A DNA stretch of 64,000 nt from Stegostoma tigrinum (GCF_030684315.1 NC_081380.1:38682340-38746339), one strand, 5' to 3'; positions 36,679 through 46,350 are shown, counted from the stretch's first letter. The notes: generated by a model from the sequence alone, not told the origin. A program made the numbers and translations.

Positions 36679-36953
36679 TTAGAACATAGAACATAGAAAA
36701 GTACAGCACAGTACAGGCCCTTCGGCCCACGATGTTGTGCCGTGGAATATTCCTAATCCAAAAATAAAATAACCTAACTTACATTCACCTCAATTCACTG
36801 CTGTCCATGTGCATGCCCAGCAGTCGCTTAAATGTCACTAATGACTCGGCTTCCACGACTACCACTGGCAAACTATTCCATGCGCTCACAACTCTCTGGG
36901 TGAAGAACCTCCCTCTGACGTCTCCTCTATACCTTCCTCCTAACACCTTAAAA
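36679..36953 (-). mobile_element. Young CR1-type LINE 3' end with (AGAACAT)n tail
   Basis: FKVLGGRYRGDVRGRFFTQRVVSAWNSLPVVVVEA; CpGs retained; tagaacatagaacatagaa. Confidence 0.85.
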
Positions 36954-37496
36954 CTTTTAAATTCCTCCTGCTGCATGTGTCAGGTTTGAAGCTCCTATTG
37001 CCAGAACATTCATCCAGACCTTTGGATTACTAGTCTCGTCTTATCACCGCTACACTGACGTTCCCATCAAACAAGCTGGTTCCTGACCTGGAGCAACTTG
37101 TTGCTGTCAGTGTCTGAAGTTCACAGAACTTGACCAGGTGTTTTTTCCCCAAGTAAAAAACGTACATGAATAAAGTTTAGAGGGATATGGGCCAGACACA
37201 GGCAAGTGGGGCTAGTTCAGTTTGGGAAACCATGGATGAGTTGGACCTGGGTGCTGTTTCCAGGCTGTTTGACTCTATGAATGAAATTTTAATAAAGTCT
37301 GTTTTTGAGCACTGAAAGAAAGGAGTGGTGACATCTTCTATGGCAATTCTTGGGAAAGTGGGAGTCATGGTTCCCTTGTCCTGTAAGGAGGCAGTGATAA
37401 CGTTCTGGTTTCCCTTGTTTACTGTGGCTGGAGGGTTACCTGAATGAAGACACCACTGATCTTCTGGAGTAGGACAATAACTTTCAAATAACTCGG

Positions 37497-38025
37497 GGAG
37501 GTATTGGCCTAGTGGCATTATCGTTGGACTGTTAGTCCAGAGTTCTGGGTAACAGTCTGGAGACCTGGGTTTGAATCCTGCCACGGCAGTTGGTGGAACA
37601 CAAAAGCTGACGTTTCAGGCCTAGACCCTTCATCAGAAAAGCATCTAGGCCCGCACCATCAGCTTTTGTGCTCCTAAGATGCTGCTTGGCCTGCTGTGTT
37701 CATCCAGCTCCACACCTTGTTATCCTGGATTCTCCAGCATCTGCAGTTCCCATTATCTCTGACGGCAGTTGGTGGAATTTGAATTCAATAAAAATATCTG
37801 GAATTAAGAATCTAATATTAGATTCTTAATGATTCTTTGAGGGGGGAAATCCATCTGGTTCACTAATGTCCTTTAGGGAAGGAAACTGCCATCCTTACCT
37901 GGTCTGGCTTACATGTGACTCCAGACCCACAGCAATGTGGTTGACTCTGAACTGCCCTCTGGGCAATTAGGGATGGGTAGTAAACGCTGGCCTAGCCAAT
38001 GACGCCCTTGTCCCGTGAATGAATG
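37497..38025 (+). mobile_element. Full-length SINE family B interrupted by a Penelope-like palindrome
   Basis: Head tggcctagtggcatt...gggtttgaatcc; tail cgtgaatgaatga. Confidence 0.82.
37599..37761 (+). mobile_element. Palindromic Penelope-like family A element with 16-bp TSD
   Basis: Exact acggcagttggtggaa at 37583-37598 and 37762-37777; minus strand 37609-37636 reads CTGATGAAGGGTCTAGGCCTGAAACGTC. Confidence 0.85.
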
Positions 38026-38689
38026 AGGGAAACAGCCCTTTCTAGTTTCTCGTCCACCCCACCCCTTCAATCTACCAGGACAGACGAAGAGAAGCTGCAG
38101 AACACATAACCCCCTTCCCTTCTGGACGTGTGATCCATTCCGGGGTTCAGCAGTGTAGTTTCCCGAGCCCACTGTGCTTTCTAGAAGGCTGATCCTACCA
38201 AATATCTGCACTGTAGCATTACATGGAGCACAGCAGGGTCATTGCTGTTGAGTGTTTGACACGCAAAAAAACTATTTAATAACCACCATCAGCATTTTCC
38301 ATCCTCTTGACCAAGCTGCAGGGAATGTCACTGCTCCGCTGATCTACTCCTGACAGAACAATTAGAAAATTTGCCTTGTTTTCATTTCAAGACTTCACCC
38401 TACCATCTCAGCTTTGCAAATTTGCATCAACACCAACCACAGAATTAATTTTGTATATCTGTCTTGCTGAGTCCTCTTTCAGCATGGCATGCCGAGGGAA
38501 GCATGGTACAGGACGATAGAATGGCTTCGCTTGAGCCCAGGCACACAAGTGCCTGTGATTGTAAATGGATGTTTGTCGGTACCTAACGGCCTAACAAAAG
38601 TTCAGTGAGTTGTTCAATCCTATGGGTCCCACGACTCAGTTATAATGGGAGACAGCAGAAATATTACAATGCAATAGAATGATTATGTT

Positions 38690-38945
38690 CATAGAATCCC
38701 TACAGATAGGCAGTTGGAGGCCACTCAGCCCATCAAGCCTGTAATGACCCTCCAAAGAGCATCCCATCCAGACCCAGCCCCCTAATTCCCAAGGCTAACC
38801 TACCTAGCCTGCACATCCCTGGACACCAAGGGCAATTTAGCACGGCCAATCCACCCTAAGCTGCTCATCTCTCTGGACTGTGGGTGGAAACTGGAACACC
38901 TCGAGGAAACCCATGCAGACACGGGGAGAACGTGCAAACTCTGAC
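38690..38945 (-). mobile_element. HE1-like V-SINE, 5'-truncated
   Basis: gggcaatttagcacggccaatccacc..ggactgtgggtggaaactgga..gaggaaacccatgcagacacggggagaacgtgcaaact. Confidence 0.78.
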
Positions 38946-39294
38946 AGTTGAACATGATCAGCTATTACATTGAAGAAGAAGAAGGAGCATTTTCCAGGGC
39001 TTTGGGAGAGTGTGATTAGAAAGTTGTGAGCTGGACCTAAAGGTGCAGGCCCGAGTCAGTGGGTGAGTGACGGTGCAGTTCCACTTGGCATTCTCCAGTC
39101 AACAGCACCATTATGGGTGTGCAGGTGATAGTTAGCACTATCTGGGGCTCAGCACTGTAGAACCATGCCAAGACAAAGTAAGGCTTTCGTTATTCGTTCC
39201 ATCGGATGTGAGCATCATTGGCAAGGCCAGCATTAATTACCCATCACTGAGCAGCTTTGAGCAGCCAATGGGGACCACCAGCTGAGCTCACCCT

Positions 39295-39425
39295 GACGGA
39301 CTCTCCTTCTCAACCTCTCCCCTTGCCTAAGGCACGGTGACCCTCTGGTTAAACCAAGCTTCCCACCCCATCACCTCGCTCTGTAATGAGAGGGCAGCCT
39401 TATAGCACTCTGGGCTATGGCTACT
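39295..39425 (+). mobile_element. SINE family C 3' part, within a degenerate family-B SINE (-)
   Basis: Matches 7940-8100. Confidence 0.55.
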
Positions 39426-40214
39426 CATGGGAGGCTTGCTGGACAGTTAAGAGTTAAACGCATTGGCGTGGGCTGGAGTCACAGAGAGGCCAGTCTTGGT
39501 AAGGGACAGTAGATTTCTTCTTGTGAATGACAGGTTTTTTTTCAACAATCTGGAAGTTATACGAGGGTTAGTGATGAGTAGAATTGTGTACTGTTCTAGT
39601 TTTGTTAATGAACTGCATTGAGATTCCTGCAGCCACCATGGGAGAACTTGTGTATGGGTTACCAGCTCAGTAACATTACCCTTGTGTTGTTACTGCTGAT
39701 GTGTACTGTGCTGTGTGCCATGGACCTGCATCATTTCAGCATCAGCTGGAGACCTCTGCAACTGAGAGTGAGAGGAGATGTTCAGTTTGATACCAGTGAC
39801 AGCTAATTTAATGAAAGATTTCTTTATCAGTTGACTTTATTTCTGACTGCAATTCCCGAGATATGGCCTCTCATTCTTCTTCTGTCTGTCTGTATTGCCC
39901 TCAGCTTGCCACTTGTCATCAAGTCTCCCTGTCTCTCCATAGATCCGTTTCTTGCTTGATCCTGTCTGTCTCTCTATCTGTCCGTGCGTATATCCCTTTG
40001 GCTGATTACTATTCCCTGCGCAGCCAATGTCATTCGTATTTGGAGCTGGGTGCCTGAGCAGCTTTCAAACTAACAATCTTCCACGCCTCCCCACTTCTCT
40101 ATCCCACTGTCCTCGCCTTCCCGGTGCTTTGGTCCTTATTTATTGGATTTTTCTTTTCATTGCATAAGGGATTTCCCGAAGTGGCTGTACATTTCTGGCT
40201 GGGTGCTTTGCAAC

Positions 40215-40430
40215 AGCTGCAGAGGAATGCCCTGCCTGGGAGGCTATTTGAGGCAGGGGACCTCACAATTTTAAGCATACGTGGATGAGCACTAGAAATG
40301 GCCTAACGTTCAAGGCTGAGGGCCAGGTGTGAGGGAGGGTGGGACTAGTGTAGGTTCAGAGCAGTTATTTCCAGTGCAGACTTGATGGGCTGAATGGCCT
40401 CACCTGTACTGTATGACTCCATTCTATACA
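40215..40430 (+). mobile_element. CR1-type 3' fragment
   Basis: ggaatgccctgcctggg...gacttgatgggctgaatggcct..ctgtactgtatga. Confidence 0.6.
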
Positions 40431-40559
40431 ATGCTGACCCTGCACAGTCCAGGTAGGCTAACAGAAACTGACTGTGTAAGGGGGTTGGGGGGCTACGTTT
40501 GCATCAGTTATGAGTCAGAACCATGCAGTATTGAGCAGGAGAGAGTGTGAGTCTGTTGT

Positions 40560-40712
40560 CCCCCTGCCATCCCAGCATTGGGGGCCTACCTACAGCATGT
40601 GGACTGCAGCTGTTTAACAAGGCAGCTCACCACCACCTTCTCCAGGGCATCTAGAGATGGGCAATAAATGCTGGCCAGCCAGCGACACTGCATCCCTGAC
40701 TATATGAAATAA
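40560..40712 (+). mobile_element. CR1/L2-group LINE tail
   Basis: ggactgcagctgtttaacaaggcagctcaccaccaccttctccagggcatctagagatgggcaataaatgctggcc. Confidence 0.65.
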
Positions 40713-41619
40713 ATTGCTGTGGATTGGACAGATATTGATGAGGTAAAGTGGGGTGGTTGGGTGTATAGTAGGGATGTGCTGGGAACCAACATCAGACCTC
40801 TAGACTGACACTTTTGGATATTTCTGATGTGAACTTTGGAAACCAGGCTTGCATTTCTCGTTAATCAAGTCTCATATTAGCCAGAGGCTTGGGCAGCTGA
40901 GGGTTTGTGTCAATGCAGGTGAGGCTGTCTCCCGTTTAATAATGTCAGGCTCAGTAAGAATAGAGTTGGCTGGAGAGTAGTCCTCTTAATCCACCCTGGT
41001 TATTGACAGCTCAGTAACCTGGGACAAGATTCGGAAGATGCTGGGAGACATTGGGATGCAGACAGCAGCTGACAGAGTCGGACTGCAGGTGCGCGCTTGG
41101 GATTAAGCATTTGGCAATCCATTATTGCCTCAGTCAGTCAGCAGTGAGATACGGCATTTCAAGATAAAATAGGATTCAGGTTGCAAACCATTGAAGTGAA
41201 TAGAAATTGAGTTGTTATTTCACAGTGAGGCTCACAGAAAGAATTGGATTTTTTTTATCTTGAAAGGTATTCTGTGTTGGTTTAAATAAGAGGACCTGCA
41301 GATGAACTGTGGGTAGAATTTGACATGTGATTTGTGCTCTTGTTTTTTGGTCAAGTGTCGTCATTTGGGCTGGGGTCTGTGAGCACCTGCTACCCTCTTG
41401 CCATAAGTGTCTATACTGTGAGAGTGAATATTCCACCCGATGATTTTAACTGCGACAGCCCCCTTCCAGTAACGGATAATGTAGAATGGTCAGTTGGGAT
41501 GATTGACCTGCCCTAACCTGAGGCACTGAGGTCAAGCATAGCTCCTTTCCCCTCCCCTACTCCTCCACGCACTCCTGTACAAATCCATATTCCCAGAGGG
41601 CCGTTGGGAAGGTGTTTCA

Positions 41620-41766
41620 TCAGGAGAGAGTTGACTGACAGTGAGTTTAATCTGAGGCTCACTGTGCCTCAGTTGAGGGGTGAGTTTGAGAAGATGGGAC
41701 CCGAGCTGATGGGGTCACTCTGCGTAGTCACAAACCGGCTGTCCAGCCAACTGAGCTAACCGACCG
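41620..41766 (-). mobile_element. SINE family C with tRNA-like head
   Basis: Reverse strand starts ggtcggttagctcagttggctgga (A-box), continues to ttctcaaactcacccctc..ctgaggcacagtgagcctcagattaaac. Confidence 0.6.
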
Positions 41767-42150
41767 TGCAATGCCATCAGCCAGATGAACTGCAGCCAGT
41801 TTGACTGGGATGGCTGTGTGGCAGGACAGTGGCTGATCAGTGAAAGCACTGCCTTTTCGCTGGGAGCAGCATCTATCCTTCTTAAAATCATTGGTTTGGG
41901 TCCCATTTTGAGCAGCTTGGGTTAATCCATTCGACTGTAGTCTTGCACACAGAGCAAAAACTAGACCCTATCAATGTAAGATAGTCACTTAGAATTTGAA
42001 GAGGAGACTCAAGAAAATTCCTTTCCCAAAGAATGGTGAGAATGTGGAACTTGCTATCACTGGATCCATGGATAATTGAGAAGGGAGCGTACGTAGTGTT
42101 TGCTGATACTGTTACATGGGGAAGGATAGAGGGTGCTCATGTGTTGGTAT

Positions 42151-42188
42151 GGTTCTGAAGAAAGGTCACCGGACCTGAAACATTAACT
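42151..42188 (+). ncRNA. Minimal type-I hammerhead ribozyme-like motif (Penelope type)
   Basis: GGTT-CTGAAGA-A-AGGTC(ACCG)GACCT-GAAA-CATT-AACT: 4-bp stem I, both core boxes, 5-bp stem II, minimal stem III; activity not shown. Confidence 0.55.
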
Positions 42189-42291
42189 CTGATTCTTTTT
42201 CTTCAGAAGCTGCCAGACCTGCTGAGCTTTTCCAGCAACTTCTGTTTTTGTTCCTGATTCACAGCATCTGCATTTCTTTTGGTTTTTATTT
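42151..42291 (+). mobile_element. Penelope-like family-B element inserted into a CR1 tail
   Basis: Hammerhead-like 5' part then gctgccagacctgctgagcttttccagcaacttctg; probable TSD tgttggtatgg (42142) / tgttggtacgg (42292). Confidence 0.75.
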
Positions 42292-42395
42292 TGTTGGTAC
42301 GGATTGGTTGGACAGGGTGACCTGTTTCTATGCATTAAAACCTCTGTAGTTCTGTAAAACTACACAAAGATGTTGCGACACCTGTACAGAGACAA
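42292..42395 (+). repeat. 104-bp direct repeat, copy 1
   Basis: 100/104 identical to 44043-44146. Confidence 0.95.
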
Positions 42396-43002
42396 TTCAA
42401 GACATTTGTTATCAGTTTGACTTCCTCCTGTGGTGTTATCTATCTCTGCTATGCCAGTTATAAAAGGAGGTTTGAATTGACCCTGACACAGGCTCAAAAC
42501 AGTTGAGTATTCTCTTGCGTCACTTGGGAAGTAGTTGTCTTCCACCCAAAATCCTTGACTGATCAAGTTGAACAGAATCCAGAACTTATAGAGAACATTG
42601 CATGTGTGCTGATAGTTGTCTACAGCCCTGAGTTAACCCACTGACGTTACAGAGCCAGCAGGGGCTAGTGAAACTGTAGTTTCTCCAAATAACGGAGAGA
42701 ATATCCCACTGCACCACAACACATTGAGTGATTTTTGGAGCTGTGTCACCCACTGAAAGGCCTGAGTAAAATCTGCCTCCTGTTGGCAAGATGTTGGCTA
42801 TACTCCATGGTAGCAGGAGCTGGATGAGAACAAATAGAATTGTTATAGCAATGCCAAGCAGACAATGCCCTGTCAAGGCTGTACTCAATCCCCCTTATTT
42901 AGACCTCTACTGTTCAACTTGATGAAATTTTGTACAAGTCCAGTATCCATCATTGATGATTGCATAGTTAGTTGGGTGACTGAGTTGAAAAACAGTTGGA
43001 AT

Positions 43003-43085
43003 ATTAACCACAGATGCTGAACTTTCCCATCAATTTCTGTTTTTATTTCTGATTTGCAACATATGCAGTTCTTTTGGTTTTTATT
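43003..43085 (+). mobile_element. Degenerate Penelope-like family-B fragment
   Basis: ttaaccacagatgctgaactttccc..aatttctgtttttatttctgatttgcaacatatgcagttcttttgg. Confidence 0.5.
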
Positions 43086-43310
43086 AAGAATATTCTTTTG
43101 TATTGTTCCAACTGTTGAATTGGTTTGGGGTTATTATTGGTGCAATGTGGTATCTGACTTCTTGGGGACAGTGGGAATGTGAAACAAGAAACAGCTCTGT
43201 AGCCATCAATACAACACCATTGCATGATTCAGTGATGGTTTGTAAGGCTTCCCATGAACTAGCCACCCTATTTGTTTGAGCACTGAACCTTCTGATGATC
43301 GAACATTAAT

Positions 43311-43343
43311 GGATCTAATCTGAGCTGCCTTTTTGTCTTGCAG
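43311..43343 (+). promoter_or_regulatory. Branch point, polypyrimidine tract and 3' splice site of the Musashi exon
   Basis: CTAAT branch-like motif (A at 43318, 26 nt upstream of the exon), then ctttttgtcttgcag. Confidence 0.75.
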
Positions 43344-43392
43344 GTAGAAGATGCCATGCTAATGTTTGATAAGACAACCAACAGGCATCGAG
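43344..43392 (+). CDS. MSI2: Internal 49-nt coding exon of RNA-binding protein Musashi homolog (RRM2, ending at the start of RNP1), most likely Musashi-2
   Basis: tttttgtcttgcag|GTA GAA GAT GCC ATG CTA ATG TTT GAT AAG ACA ACC AAC AGG CAT CGA G|gtaagt translates to VEDAMLMFDKTTNRHR(G). Canonical acceptor and perfect donor, phase 0 to 1. VEDA matches MSI2 (MSI1 has VDDA); very long flanking introns also fit MSI2. Too short for the ORF track. Confidence 0.93.
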
Positions 43393-43869
43393 GTAAGTGA
43401 GAGCTCCCAGAACAAAGCCTAAGCTCAGTTAAAAGTGAGGCCAGATCCCACATTGTGCTACAGCACAGCCACTGATGGCTGTTCACTGCAGTCTTACTGG
43501 GTGTCAGTCTTTGATGTTGAGCTACTTGCATTCAATAACCCCTTTTAGCATAACGCCCGTATGCTACGCCCTGTAAGCCTGAAACTCAGTGTGTGAAGCA
43601 AACTTTGTTGCAAAGTTGTTATGGTAGTAGAGGCAGGTCAGCAGTTAGAGAGTTGCATGTGGGCAGCTCTCTGATTCAACTTTGGTAACTGAGAGCCAGC
43701 AAGACAACTGCAGAATGGCACAAGTTCAAATCGAGAGCCCACCATGAATAAAGGTGCTTGTACAATTGAGAGGAAATTAAATCTGCAATGAGCACAAAAT
43801 ATTCTTCAAAGTATTGTGACATATTTAAAACCTCCTAAGTCCACCTTTAAGGATGGCACAATATGACAA

Positions 43870-44046
43870 AGGCAAAATACTTTTTAACGTTGGAAATCTG
43901 AACCAGTCAAAGGGAGCACTGGTGATGCTCAGCAGGCTTGTCAGCGTCTGTGGAGAGAGAAACAGATTTAACATTTTGAATCAAATTGGAACATCGTGTT
44001 GAGGTGAGAGAAATGCAGTTAATGTTTTCAGTCCAGTACAACTGTT
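43870..44046 (-). mobile_element. Penelope-like family-B fragments (reverse)
   Basis: ggaaatctgaa...ctcagcaggcttgtcagcgtctgtggagagagaaacagatttaacatttt and gagagaaatgcagttaatgttttcagtccag. Confidence 0.65.
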
Positions 44047-44146
44047 GGTACAGATTGGTTGGACAGGGTGACCTGTTTCTATGCATTAAAACCTCTGTAG
44101 TTCCGTACAACTGCACAAAGATGTTGCGACACCTGTACAGAGACAA
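44043..44146 (+). repeat. 104-bp direct repeat, copy 2
   Basis: 100/104 identical to 42292-42395. Confidence 0.95.
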
Positions 44147-44149
44147 CAG

Positions 44150-44685
44150 TGACTGGTGAGGCCTCTTCTGGAGTGTCGTGTGTAGTTCTGGTCGCTCTGT
44201 TATAGGAAGGATGTTATTATATTAGAAAGGGTTCAGAAAAGATTTACCAGGATGTTGCCAGGACTGGGGAGTTTGAGTTATAAGGATAGGCTGGGACTGT
44301 TTTCACTGGAGCATCGGAAGTTGAAGAGTGACCTGATAGAGGTTTATAAAATAATGAGGGTCACTGATGAGGTGAACAGCAAGAGTCTTGTCCCTCGGGT
44401 GGGGAATTCAAACATAGAGTGGCATATTTTAAAGTGGGAGGAGAAAGATTTAAAAATGGGGCACCTCATTCCATACAGAGAGTGGTTTGTGTGTGGAATG
44501 AGCAGCTGGAGGAAGTGGGAGAGTTGGGTACAGTTACACCATTTAAAAGACATCAAACAGGTACATGAGTAGAAAAGGTTCACAGGGACATGGACAAATG
44601 CAGGCATGTGGGACTAGTCTAGGAAACTTGACATGGACTAGTTGGACCAAAGGGTCTGTTTCTGTGCTGTATGCCTCTGTGAACT
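44150..44685 (+). mobile_element. CR1/HER1-type LINE 3' end
   Basis: LERVQKRFTRMLPGLGSLSYKDRLGLFSLEHRKLKSDLIEVYKIM; 3' UTR gttggaccaaagggtctgtttctgtgctgta. Confidence 0.85.
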
Positions 44686-44691
44686 GAAAGG

Positions 44692-44792
44692 TTTTGAAGA
44701 ACAGTTGTACTGGACTGAAAACATTAACTGTGTTTCTCTCTCCACAAATGCTGCCTGACTGCTGAGTTTCTCCAGCAATCTCTGTGTATTTT
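44692..44792 (+). mobile_element. Penelope-like family-B fragment
   Basis: ttgaagaacagttgtactggactgaaaacattaactgtgtttctctctccacaaatgctgcc..ctgctgagtttctccagc. Confidence 0.65.
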
Positions 44793-45124
44793 AGTAATCC
44801 GGACGCCCAGGCCAATGGTTTGGGGACATGGGATCAAATCCCACCACGACAGTTGGTAAAAGTAAAATACAATGAATGGACTGGGAATCGAAAGCTGGCC
44901 TCGGTAATAGGGAGAATGAAACTATCTTCAACTATTGGGAAATCCAGCCTGATGTGCTTTTGGGCAGGAAATCTGCCTTTCTTCTCTGGTCTGCCCTCTG
45001 ATATGGTGCAGCAAACCACTTGACTCGAGGGCGATTAGAGATAAGCACCAAATGAAGATCTTGCCAGCAGCAGCTACATGCCAAATAAAAAATAAATTTG
45101 TGTTTCAAACTGCTGCCCATCTTG

Positions 45125-45580
45125 GAGCGCAGGATCTATTGCCCTGAGACCTGGGCTCTGCTGCCTTCAGTACCCGGGATCTACTGTCCCCAGATTTTGT
45201 GATTTCCTTCCGTTGTCACCCAGCATCTGTTGTCCTCAAAGCCTGGGATCTGTTTCCTTCAGAGTCCGGGATCTACTGCTCTTGGATCCTGAGATCTTCC
45301 ACCCCTGGAGCCCAGGACCTCCAGAACCTGGAATCTGCTGGTTGACCCTCTGCGATCTGCTGTTCTTGGAACCTAGGATTTCCTGCCTGAGCCTATGGGA
45401 TTTGCTATCCTCAGAACCTGGAATCTGCTGGCTGAACCTCTGGGATCTGCTACTCCTGGAGCCCAGGTTTTCCTGTCTGAACCTCTGGGATCTGCTACTT
45501 TCGGAACCCAGGATTTCCGGCCTGAGCCTATGAGATCTGCTACTTTCGGAACCCAGGGATCTGCTGCCTGGGATCTGCAT
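45125..45580 (+). repeat. Minisatellite with 45-bp higher-order period built from ~22-bp ggatctgct subunits
   Basis: ctgaacctctgggatctgctactcctggagcccaggttttcctgt followed by ctgaacctctgggatctgctactttcggaacccaggatttccggc (starts 45432 and 45477). Confidence 0.85.
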
Positions 45581-46003
45581 TGTACATTGTCCAGGGCAGT
45601 TGTTCACAAAGGAGCCTTGGTTATAATTGGGCTACATGCCTCATCTGGAGCACTCTGCACAGATCCCCTTGATTTCCTTGAAGCAAAGGAACCTTTGAAT
45701 CAACAATTGGTTCTACCCAACCTGATTTCATTTACCACCACTCAAAACATTATAAATCGTTTGCTTTCTTGGCTACTCAAGTAATAAAACTATTTATTAG
45801 TTTTTGACTCAAATTAAGTTATGGATTCGTGCCAACAACAGAAGTATGGGCATTTTCACATTATAAATATGAACACTGCCTATTAAATGGCAGTACAGGC
45901 TCAAGGGGCAAAATGGCCTAATCTTACCCTGATTTCTTATAGTCTTATAGAAGATGGTTGTCTGAAATGTCCTAATTTTTAAAACTTATTCCTTTCATGA
46001 GAT

Positions 46004-46350
46004 GGGTGGCACCGTGGCTCAGTGGTTAGCACTGCTGCCTCACGGCGCCAGGGTCTTGGCGTTCGATTCCACCCCCGGGCGACTGTCTGTCTGCGTGGAG
46101 TTTGCACATTCTCCCCGTGTCTGTGTGGGTTTCCTCCGGGTGCTCTGGATTCCTCCTACAGCCCAGAAATGTGCAGGTTAGGGTGGATTGGCTGTGCTAA
46201 ATTACCCATAGTGCCCAGGGATGTGCAGACTCGGTGCATTCACCATGGGAAAGATAGGGGAGGGGGTGGGGGCTTGGATCTGGTTGGGATGCTCCTTGGA
46301 GTATCTGTGTGGACTTGATGGCCTGCTTCCACACTCTAGCGATTCTATGA
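46004..46350 (+). mobile_element. Full-length HE1-like V-SINE
   Basis: ggtggcaccgtggctcagtggttagcactgctgcctcacggcgccaggg...gttcgattcc...V-domain...ggcctgcttccacactctag. Confidence 0.88.

Larger units (their letters stand above)
36395..37065 (-). mobile_element. Nested cluster: SINE family B (-) hosting a Penelope-like arm and a young CR1 tail
   Basis: Host pieces aaccacattgctgtagg..agtcacacgtaggccagac and ggtttgaagc..ccagaacatt..ggattactagt flank the two inserts. Confidence 0.65.
1..43343 (+). other. Giant intron (partial) upstream of the Musashi exon
   Basis: The preceding Musashi exon (...KKIFVGGLS...QYFEQFGK) was not found by eye in 1-43343; content is repeats and non-coding sequence. 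Confidence 0.75.

Noticed and set aside
43344-43392. Assignment to MSI1, DAZAP1 or hnRNP A/B/D
   Set aside because: AMLMFDKTTNRHRG is Musashi-specific; VED rather than VDD and the huge introns favour MSI2. Paralog identity rests on one residue plus context, so it is not absolute.
42960-43660. Musashi-binding (G/A)U1-3AGU motifs near the exon as autoregulation
   Set aside because: Only a few short matches (e.g. atagttagt at ~42964, gtagt at ~43624), within chance expectation
45125-45580. CRISPR-like array or repeat-protein gene
   Set aside because: Eukaryotic context, no unique spacers, degenerate tandem units, and no supporting splice signals
46004-46075. tRNA genes at tRNA-like sequences (also 23550-23626, 25505-25575, 37497-37585, 41715-41766)
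   Set aside because: The A/B boxes continue directly into SINE bodies; there is no intact cloverleaf or Pol III terminator
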